A stretch of DNA of 37,273 nucleotides from the NCBI GenBank assembly GCA_002269645.1, contig NIVC01003452.1, positions 1 through 37,273 on the forward strand, read 5' to 3'. Origin of the DNA: Macrostomum lignano. Taxonomy: Eukaryota. Positions 27,916 to 37,273 of the stretch are shown here, piece by piece; within the stretch, counting starts at the first letter, position 1, and the number at the start of each line of letters is the position of its first letter. Both the position numbers and the translations under genes were made by a program. The notes below the pieces were generated by a model. That model was not told the DNA's origin and did not search any database. It saw only the letters and a program-made list of their open reading frames with translations.

Positions 27916-28639
27916 TCTTGTCCTAAAAAACGTTAAAATGCTTCTATTTGACTTTCTACGTACTGAACTGAAATTAGCTTAAACGCACATGTGCTAGGCT
28001 AAGCTAAGTGAATGCCATCTAGTTATTATATTATGTTATGTTGCGGTTATACGGTTGTTTAGCCAAACATAGGCCTCATAAATTTTTAGAAACGAAATGT
28101 ACTCTGCTTCTACTTCTAGTGAAATATTAAGATTTAATCGTCTATTTCTGGACTAAACAATAGAAGTTGATTCGCTATTTTGATGTTACTTTGTACGATT
28201 TTTTACGGCTTTTCTCTCCTAACACAAAGAACGCTATCTTTGCTAACGAACCCTAACACAATGATCTATTCCCAACTCCCGTCCGATAATGAATTGCACA
28301 CTTCTTCTAACTTAGCGGTTACTCTATCTATTGAGTCCCCGAGAGAGTCCTTGAGAGTCGATGCTAAAGCTAATATACTATATGTGGAGTACGTAAATAT
28401 TTTTCCCAGCGGGATTTATTCACAACAATAATAGCCAGAGCTTACTGGCTTAATCACATTTTGCTAATCTAATTGTTATAATGCTTTCTAGACCTAAGCA
28501 AAACATTGCGAGCACAGATTTACACCCGGATGTCTGACTGAAGTCATAATTGGGTCCTGGCCGATTTATGGAACTGACTGAGCTGCCCTCCGCTGTCAGC
28601 TCGTTCTGTCATGGACTCTGCGCTTGAACAATCGACACG

Positions 28640-28980
28640 ACATCGGCAACCTCTGACACAATTATCGGCACCTCTGACACAATTATCGGCACCTCTGACA
28701 CAATTATCGGCACCTCTGACACAAACATCGACACCTCTGACACATACATCGGCACCTCTGACACATACATCGGCACCTCTGACACATACATCGGCACTTC
28801 TGACACAGACATCGGCACTTCTGACACAGACATCGGCACGTTTGAGACAAACATTGGCATATGTCTGACACAAATTTCGGCAACCTCTTACACAAATATT
28901 CACACCTCTGAGACAAACATCGGCACGTCTGACACAAATATCGGCTTCTCTAAAACAGAAGCTGCAGTCTGACACAAAAA
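28640..28980. repeat. 21-bp minisatellite
   Basis: Unit ACATCGGCACCTCTGACACA(A/T/G). Confidence 0.92.
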
Positions 28981-29153
28981 TCGGTAATCAGACACAATAA
29001 TCTATCTATAATATGACATTACACTGGTGCTATTAATACAAATTTGCAATTCGCCACGAAAATCTTACGCGAAAATTATAATCTAACACATTGTCTGCTA
29101 TCTGACAGAAGTATCTGTAATTTGAAACGAAAACCTGTAGTCTGACACAACTT

Positions 29154-29195
29154 GGGTTGTAGCTTAGCGGTTAGAGCATGGAACCAGAGACTCCT
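29154..29195 (+). mobile_element. Truncated tRNA-like SINE head
   Basis: GGGTTGTAGCTTAGCGGTTAGAGC carries an A box, and the downstream ACCAGAGACTCC resembles ACCAGCGACCC of the 6452 copy. No B box. Confidence 0.35.
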
Positions 29196-30449
29196 AAAAA
29201 AAGTCTGAGCAACCTTAGTGTGTGCAGCCATTCATAGCTTGTGTAAGCAACAGTGGGTATTTTATCTCTCAGAGGGCTGTTACGAGTCTTATATATCGGT
29301 GGTGTCAGACGATCTGACGTCCAAAGAAAAGGACAAATTGAAGCGTCGAATTAGAGAAAAAAGCACGAAGTTTTCTGTTCACAATTGCGAATTTACTATG
29401 AAGTTAAAAATAAGCCATATTTTGTCATACATGTAAAAAAGGGTCGGGATGTGCACAAAAGCCGGTTCTAAACGGTTAAACTTAAACAGTCAGAACATGT
29501 AAAGGCCGATTCACGTATTATTTACAGTTGATTCAGACTCATTTTAACATTGATTTGAGCAATCTTGGACCCGCAGAGCTACATGTAGTGTGTTCAAGCT
29601 CAAGCATTCCATTTTGTATTCTATATTCTAAACGTAGTACCCTGAGTCATTAAAAGTCCACTCGCTGTATTGCCTCTACGAGCGTATAAGCAATTTCTAG
29701 CCTTTCCTACGTTTCAAATAGAACGTCACCTTGCTACGATGTCGAGTAGCTGTCTGCAAATAATATATTGAGTTTCCTGTTGGCACACAAGGTGAATCCT
29801 AAGGTCACAACACATTTACTAGAGGTAGTTGTGAAACAGCCTTAATAATATTTTACCAACTACCAATTTTTCGATCTTAGTATCATCCTTCTGTTTTGCC
29901 AAGTAACGAATCGACATCCGTTTTCTGTAGATGAGTGAAATATATACTGTGTAATTTTTGCCTAATAGAGTGCTCTGAGTGACTATAGGCGTGACACTCT
30001 TGTTAAAAGAGAAATAATTTTCATACCTGCACTCTTGGTCTTTGAATGAAATGTGATCACTTAGGGCCGGATACCAGAAGCCGGAGATCCTAAAGCAAAC
30101 CTTAGTTTTTTATCAAGTTTGGAGTTCCCAAGCTGATTCGCGATCTCCGAGTCGGAGAAAGGTTGGAAGTCGTTGGGGAGATTAGAAATTTCGATGGAGA
30201 CTGCAAAGCGGCTACCATTCACCGACACGGAAATCGTAAGGTGCTTGCAGCCGCCGGAAGGAGACCCTAAAGTCAGGAGTCCTTGCTTGAAGTGTACATG
30301 TAGTACCGATCAAGGACAATTAATGTTGTGGAGCACATTAGTGAAATTTAAAACCGTGAGAAAACAAGGCTAATTGTAACGAGTGTATGTTCTAGTATAA
30401 GCGCTAATTGTAACGCTTTCTAGATCGTAAGAGCAGAGTAGCATGTCCT

Positions 30450-30829
30450 GGGAGACCGACAACTGACCGCCATAATTAAACCAACGATAATTAAACCACC
30501 GACAATTAAACCAACAACAATTAAACCACCGACAATTAAACCAACAACAATTAAACCACCGACAATTAAACCACCTACAATTAAACCACAATTAAACCAC
30601 CGACAGTTAAACCACCGACAATTAAACCACCGACAATTAAACCACCGACAATTAAACCACCTACAATTAAACCACAATTAAACCACCGACAATTAAACTG
30701 CCGACAATTAAACCACCGACAATTAAACCACCGACAATTAAACCACCGACAATTAAACCACCGACAATTAAACCAACAACAATTCTGAAAAAAAACCGGT
30801 CAATTGTGGCGGTCAATTGTCGTAGACCC
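30450..30829. mobile_element. 380-bp non-autonomous TIR DNA transposon (MITE, Mutator-like) with an internal 15-bp tandem array
   Basis: Left GGGAGACCGACAACTGACCGCCATAATT (30450-30477) versus reverse complement of right end GGGTCTACGACAATTGACCGCCACAATT (30802-30829). Flanks GCATGTCCT / GCCTGTACT match at 7 of 9 positions. Interior is (ACAATTAAACCACCG)n. Confidence 0.75.
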
Positions 30830-31489
30830 GCCTGTACTGCACCGGAGGCCAGCCCACCTCATTTCCAGGCTCCTCCAGTCCAACATTGTGCGAAGCACTC
30901 AGCCTGCTGAATTTCCATTTACGAGCTACTAACAAACCCTAATTGTCTCCGGTTGCCAGTCCTACTGACCCTTTGCAGGACTTTTGAGCCCCACTCGCCC
31001 CAGTCAACTTTCTCAGTCTCTTTTTGCACCTGCGAACCAGGCTATAACTTATAATAGCACTGTAAATTTCTCATTGGTCATTTGGAGCCTCGTAAGCCTC
31101 AAGAAGGGTTTGAATAGTTGAATACAAAACTCATCGCATATTAGCCGCGAACTGAAACTTGGTGGCACACAAAACTAGAGACTTCACTATAGCCATCGTT
31201 TCGTCTTCTAATAAGTTCGGTGAGTAAATTGGCTCATGTTCACGACCTACATCTACATGCGATCTTCTGTAGTGTTTTTACTGCGTTGCTCAAAGGTGCA
31301 GCCTAAAAAATCTTGGTTTTATCAAGTTTTAAAAACAAAAGCTGTTTATCTTGCGTCTCGTTATCCCCGAAAGTTATGTATATGTTATATTCTGGGCCTC
31401 CCTTACCATGGTATCCCTCCCTTATCCAAAGACTTAAATGAAATAGGATTCACTTCATTTCATCAACCGGCCTAAGAGACAGAGGTAGG

Positions 31490-31790
31490 GGGCGCAAACC
31501 AAGAGACACGGGCGCTAATCAAAAGACACGGGCGCCAACTAAGAGACAGGGGCGCCAACAAATAGACAGGGGCGCCAATCAAGAGACACGGGCGCCAACC
31601 AAGAGACAGGGGCGCCAACAAAGAGACACGGGCGCCAACCAAGAGACAGGGGCGCCAACAAAGAGACACGGGCGCCAACTAAGAGACAGGGGCGCCAACA
31701 AGAGACAGGGGCACCAACCCAGAGACAGGGGCGCCAACCAAGAGACACGGGCGCCAACTAAGAAAACAGGGCGCTCATCAAAGAGTCAGG
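31490..31790. repeat. 20-bp minisatellite
   Basis: Unit GGGCGCCAAC(C/A/T)AAGAGACA(G/C). Confidence 0.94.
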
Positions 31791-32046
31791 GAGCGCCCAC
31801 AAAGACATCAAATAGTGGCGCCCCTAAGGGTTGCGGCCCCTCCAATTCAAATTTATGCGTATCGCTAGCTAGGATTTGTAGAATCTGCTTATCTGCTTGC
31901 CAAAAATGTTTTTTCTAAGGAAAGCAATTTTTTTCAGTAAAATTTCATAGGCTCGAGTAACTTCGCGTTATAAACTTGCCGATAGATTTCTAGCTGGTAG
32001 AAGGCTATTTAATATGAAAATCAACACAAATTTTAGCCTCACAAAA

Positions 32047-32139
32047 ATGGCAGGCGCCATGCTGGGGCTCTGGCTGGTCCTGCAGCTGCTGCTAACCGGA
32101 CCTCAAGACGTATTTGCGATTAGAAATTGTTCGGATGCA
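32047..32139 (+). CDS. Probable first coding exon encoding a signal peptide (MAGAMLGLWLVLQLLLTGPQDVFA-IRNCSDA)
   Basis: AAAAATGG start, hydrophobic core, small-residue cleavage site, and a consensus donor GTAAGT at 32140 (phase 0). The partner exon is inferred, not shown. Confidence 0.55.
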
Positions 32140-33599
32140 GTAAGTGATTTGACTGACTCACTGGCTTATGTAGAATTGTTATTTAAATACAATTATACAA
32201 TTGGATGCAAAAAATGTAGATATACAACCAGTTTGATGGCGTTCATATTTGTTTTTTATGCCGTTGTAAACGGCCATGAAGAGTTACGAGTACTCAGAGC
32301 CTTTACAAAATATATCGCAATCAAGTCTTAATGCAGGAAACTGTAGTCAAGAATGTCCCGCATAACGTTAATTTAACTTAACGTCAAATTTAAAAGCTTT
32401 ATGTGCCGGTTGAACTCATGACGCCTTTGTATTAAACCACAGGGGGAGTTCGACTGTCCTGCTGCTAACGGCTGCACAAACATGAGCGCCTGTTTAGAAC
32501 GCCTCCTGGATAAGGAGCAGCAGTGTCGTTTAAATAACTTGGTGAGCGCTTTGACGTTACTGGTTTCATGTTATATGTATATGTGTATCTGTAATGTAGT
32601 GTTCTTGTACATTTTCAACATTTAATAAAGGAAATATAGCTGTAGCGATATGAGTTGAATTAAGATCATACATTTAACTTACACTCGAATTATTGATAAA
32701 TGCGTGCTAGAAAGATCTATTAGTATGAATATTAAAAAGAGCATTTGTGAGGTCATTCATATGAGTCTATTGTACACTACATCACACAAAAACTTGGTTG
32801 AAAAATGCCTCAGATAGGCACCGCTTGCAGTCAGAATCCAAACAGTTATCTCTTGTGAAGAATTCACAAGTTGGCAGTTGACGGAAGGTATTTTACACAA
32901 AACCCTGACTAATCTCGCCCCAACCTTGCTGGGTAGCAACTGCCAACACAGAAACTCGGTATTGTAAATGCTAAGAGGGTTAATCTTTCTCTCGCCACCA
33001 ACTAATAGTAATACAAGCCCATGCAGGTAGTGGCAAAAAACACTTGCTCCATTCATCTTATTTTATTCGGTTTTGACTATTGCCTGTGTGCGTACGAGTG
33101 GTTTCCCGCGGACCAGACCGAGCACGTACCTATTCGGTCGCAGGGGGGCTGCAGGCGCCGCTTTTAGGCTCCGCTCTAGTTAGAAGTCTCTTCAAATTCT
33201 ATTCCTTGTATAGTCTAGGCGAACAATACACAAGTAGGCGCGATAGCGAGAGAATAAGCACGTGAATTGGCCTCGCAAGTTGGCCTCGTGCGCTGGCCTC
33301 TATTCATCCTTGCCCCAGAGCCACTTGTCTCTTGCTGTCTCTCCATTGTATTGTACTGTTGCAGGCAGCAGTAGGCGTGTGCCTTTTTTCTGTGCCAGAA
33401 AAATGCCATCTGTAGCTACTGATAAAAAGCGCCTACGTGATATGCAAAAAAAGACTGAGGATGTTAACTATTCAACTACGCGTAGGCCAACAAGAAAAGT
33501 GCTTGAAACCAGATGGACTTTCTTAATGGTGAACACTTACAAAATTTTCCAGTAAACTTTTCAACCTTTCTCAAAGTGCTCCTTATATCTATATGCGCC

Positions 33600-34460
33600 T
33601 TGTCACCTACATTAAAGTTTGGTTCTCATCTGTAAACTCAAAGGAAGGTGATAGTACTCGCTCTGAAAGAGTTTAATCTCAAAATGAATTGTGTTGTTGT
33701 ATTTTTCAACAATAGATGGAAAAATTGAACCACTTCTGATTACCCTGTAGATCGAATTCAAACCAGAGTTAATTTGTGAGTGCGGTTGAATCACACAATC
33801 ATTGCAGTATTAGATTTACCATAAATTGAGAACATCTTGTTAATATACTATCCATTTTTATCCTCTCTTATGTTGTCATCTAAAAATGAGCAGAGCTTGT
33901 ACATATGCTGATTTTAAAACTCTTTGCCTTCATCAACACAAAGTCTCTCCGATCGTCTCCCTGATTCCTCAAATACTTTTTGGAAGCTTCTGCAACTTCC
34001 GCTTCTGCCTTTCTTTTTAAATGGGACTGTCCAAGCGTAACGTGTCAAACAGCATGCCAAATGGTGCCTTTTGCATGGTGAATCAGTTTTCCTAAATGGG
34101 TTTTGGCTTTCTACTCGTATATGCTTTATGCAATTTTACAGCATCTTTATAACTAAGACCGTTTTCATATATGGTTAAGCAGTCTATGCAATTTTTGGGG
34201 TTAGTACTTTGAATGCCTGATCCAAAGCAAACTTTGACCTCAATGATACGTTTCACTAGATTTCGAAAGAGTCTCTCTTTCACAGGCAAGTCACTGGTTG
34301 GAATGGCATCTAAATCAGCAATCATTTTCTCATCAGCTATATGCTTCTTTGCTAGAGCTTCATCTGGTGTGGGTAATGTCTTTTCGACACCTCGATAGTT
34401 TTTGTTATGATATAATAATATGCTGTTCAGTCGACTGGGTTAATTAGTAGACTCTCATAG
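33600..34460 (-). mobile_element. Decayed Polinton/Maverick-type element: rve integrase preceded by a small ORF
   Basis: Minus strand, across stops and frameshifts: VKLHKAY..RK / GTIWHA / RYAWTVPFKKK...FQKVFEESGRRSERLCVDEGKEF*NQH...IV*FNRT...NQKWF...SIVEKYNNTIH. This follows the Polinton integrase pattern (LHKP..RK; IW.ADL; KYAWAVPLK.K; KLWTDKGKEFYN; VERFNRT; KYNNT.H) as I recall it. Confidence 0.75.
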
Positions 34461-34479
34461 CGCACCCCCTTATTGTTAT

Positions 34480-35230
34480 ATCTCACTACTTGCATAGAGA
34501 TGCAAGTTAACTTTTGACTCTCTTCTGTAGGGGCTATCTGTAATTATGCGTCCTCTAGGTCGATGACGGACCTCGATGTCAATGCTTAGCGTTCGGAATG
34601 GCATGAAGAATTTCTTCTAGCTTTGGTAGAAGAAACTAGAAAAGGCTTGTATTGATCTGTATAGATGAGTCTATTGAGTATCACTGAGTAGTCTCCGCAT
34701 ATTCGCACTGCTCTTGCTGGTCCTTCGAGCTTCAACACCAGCCATCGGATTTTGAGCAGGATAAATGTTGCCTGCGCCCAGAAGTCTCTTCAACTCGATC
34801 TCGACATTAGTTTTCATTAAGAATGACAGTGATGGAACTGGGTAGCACATAACCTTGAATGATACTTCATAGTTCAGGCGAAAGCTTGCTGTGAATTTGT
34901 TTGCATCGTTGACAGTGACAGCAGCGCACTTTAAGCTTGAGTCCAAGTTTGGTATCAGATGAAGTTGTCGAATGAAGTTCAATGAAAATTGTTTGACTGC
35001 GCTCTTCCCGCTGTTGTCCTTGACCGCAGCCTGCCTCAGCACTCCAAAAGCAGCTGCCTGAGAGCCTCCATACACTTTCAGAGACGTGGTGTTGTCGCTT
35101 TGAATTTCGAGGCCGGTCTTTGCAGCCAGGTTGTGAGGGATTGCAGAGATTTTACTCTCAGTGTCGACGCACAGAATAGTTTTCAAGCCACCAATTTTAA
35201 ATTCCTTTAGCAAAAGGTTACTTATTTTGT
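34480..35230 (-). mobile_element. Decayed Ty3/Gypsy LTR retrotransposon pol fragment (aspartic protease and start of RT)
   Basis: LCVDTESKISAIP (retropepsin DTG motif mutated to DTE); VP...NVEIELKRLLGAGNIYP (RT N-terminus); after a frameshift VRICGDYSVILNRLIYTDQY and SVIDLEDA*LQIAPTEESQKLTCI (Gypsy RT RICGDY and DL.DAYLQI motifs). Confidence 0.85.
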
Positions 35231-36073
35231 TGTTTGTAGTTTTGAGAATATTAGAATTTTGTCTCTAGTGGTTTTTGATGGTGCTGATTTAAAATATGAG
35301 CTTCATTTTTTGGTAGCTTCAACCCAATTATATGTAGCTTATTAGGGTTATTGACTATTTTATAGATTATTTATGGGAATTAATCTAGTCCATATATACA
35401 TGGAGCTTGAATAGCCCATCCAAAACCCTTTTAGAAATAAAATTATATTACCTCAACTAATTTAACAGCCTAAACTTGAATAGAGACCTCTGAACCTATT
35501 CAAGTTTGACTATAATAAATTATTGATATTTAGATTGCTATCAATTGTAATCGGAATCTAATTTCAAAGAACAATATTTGGCAAAAATCAGGAAAAAAGT
35601 GCATGCTACGAAGTAACGACCAAAAGCTCACTGTTAGTGTTAGTAATAGATTAGTAAACACATTAGTTGATATGCTAATAGAGTTAGTAGATATTTATTA
35701 ACAGTACTGATTCTTGCATAACCAAAATTATTCGGCAAGAAGTATGAATAGAATACAAAACAGCAAAGGTAAACGTTAAATTTTATTCAAAATACTTCTT
35801 TAATCTTTTGTTTTGATAAAGGCTCATTTTTTAAATACATCATTCGTCGAAACTATTTGTAATCGAATTCTCATTAACAGCATAGGGGATTAACAAAATT
35901 GAGGTTGCATAACCACTGAAGGTATTTTTTGCAGTGGCTTTTGCATTTTGTAACTTTCGGTACCCCCCTGGAAAAAAAAGTGTCTGGAAAAAAGTATTAA
36001 AAAATCGGAAAATCGGAAGTATTTGATCGACCTAAACTTAAAAAGTCCAAAAGTATTGATGACTAGCAATCAG

Positions 36074-37273
36074 AACGACATTGTGGCAGCATGGGTAGAC
36101 TTAAAAAATCATTTGAAACGACACAATAATGGCATGCCGAGGTCTTCTTCAGATTTGATCTCTCTAAAGCATTTCGATGTTACGTCTTTCTCCAATATTC
36201 AGAGTTTCTGCCCGAAACAAGGAATCTGCTACAACAGTACCGTTCACATGTCTTTGGACAACTGTAATTATTACATGAGCAGCCCGTGTGACAATGCCAC
36301 ACGCACCAGCACTGAGCCACTGATCCGATGCAATCCCGGATACCAAATGTGCCTAACACAGGCTCAGTGCGATGAAGTGGTGGCAAAGAGGTCGTGTCCA
36401 AACAAAAATTTGCTTATCCCGTTTGTGTGGCCTGCAGCCTCCTGCTTTATTCTTCCGCGTCTGAAGTTTCGCTTCACCGTTGTGCAGCAAGCGGGTCCTC
36501 CTGTGATGAGACTTGGATCTAACAAACTCAACAACAGCCGCATCGGAGAGGAAATCCAACTCAACAGGCTTCCTGATAACAGCATCTGTGAGAGCGCAGA
36601 CGCACAGGAAATATCCAAATACGCCGGCTCCAATGCGAGTCTATCGTGGGTAAAGCTGAGGTTTCGCTACGTCAACAAAGACAACAAAGTAGTCGCAGAG
36701 TGTCAACCTACTTTCGGATTGCTGCTTCGCCGAAGTTGCGACCGCCACCAGCTGGATTCCCAACGGTCGTGCTGAAAAAGAACAGCACTTCTCACATTAA
36801 TGAAATTATCATCCCAAGGAATATTTTAAGCTCAGTATTGAACCAGTCCACAGCATCTGCGCCGTGGTGCGACAGTCTCGGTCAGGCCGAATTTCCCAAA
36901 TCCTCATTTAACGACCACGTTCGTCAGCTGTGTCGAGAGACGCCGAGGAAGGCTGCCTACTGCTACATCGAGGCGTCGTCGCTCTACACCGAATTATTCG
37001 TTCTACGCCACTATCTTGGCGCTCCACCTTATAAGTTCGGCTCAGGATATCTATCGCTATCGCGTTGAAGGCTCATACTTTAAAGCGCATCTAAGACAGC
37101 CGGGCAGGGTCAATTTGACATGCAGACTGTGGAACGGACTGCTTCCGGTGCAAGGCACGCCTCCAACTGACGGAAACTACTTTGGAGACGAGATTCTTCG
37201 AATTGAGTATTCATTCAGCTGCTATCCTGGCTATGTTCCCTGTTTGGCTTCAAAGACTTGCCATTTCTTCTGG
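36074..37273 (+). CDS. Large exon of an unrecognised cysteine-rich, probably extracellular protein; two frameshifts; open at the window end
   Basis: Three staggered open frames: frame A to ~36740 (CPKQGICYN...CNPGYQMCLTQAQC...ECQPTFGLLLRRSCD), frame B 36741-37066 (PPAGFPTVVLKK...WCDSLG...LC...YCY), and frame C, open from ~36842 to the end (YRYRVEGSYF...TCRLW...SCYPGYVPCLASKTCHFFW). The 5' boundary (CAG ending 36073) is tentative. Confidence 0.6.

Noticed and set aside
28544-31757. Cys-rich or repeat ORFs such as (VCVRGAD)n, (WFNCR)n and (APVSLGWRPCLL)n
   Set aside because: Translations of the 21-, 15- and 20-bp arrays.
32342-32672. Possible solo LTR (TGT...ACA with AATAAA near 32624)
   Set aside because: No matching target-site duplication and no second copy in the window.
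33080-33555. ORFs 33080-33555
   Set aside because: No motifs, splice support or codon pattern that I can defend.

Overview
Eukaryotic (metazoan) genomic DNA: GC-rich exons separated by AT-rich, repeat-filled introns and spacers. The style suggests a flatworm such as Macrostomum, but that is inference only. Five + strand genes can be read: (1) the last exon of a GT31 beta-1,3-galactosyl/GlcNAc-transferase with a 1-nt frameshift; (2) a 4-exon BTBD10/KCTD20 gene; (3) a 3-exon caspase with an atypical QFCRG active site and a long, possibly double death-fold prodomain; (4) a 5-exon RING/Zn-finger/MATH TRAF gene; (5) an unrecognised Cys-rich, probably secreted protein running off the right end and broken by two frameshifts. 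All 9 reconstructed introns of genes 2-4 hold their own tandem repeat, several built from splice-site-like motifs. Mobile DNA includes a 380-bp TIR element with an imperfect 9-bp TSD, a ~3.3-kb element bounded by inverted subterminal repeats, tRNA-like SINE heads, a decayed Ty3/Gypsy protease-RT fragment, and an adjacent decayed Polinton/Maverick-type integrase. Most ORFs in the supplied track are translations of simple repeats.
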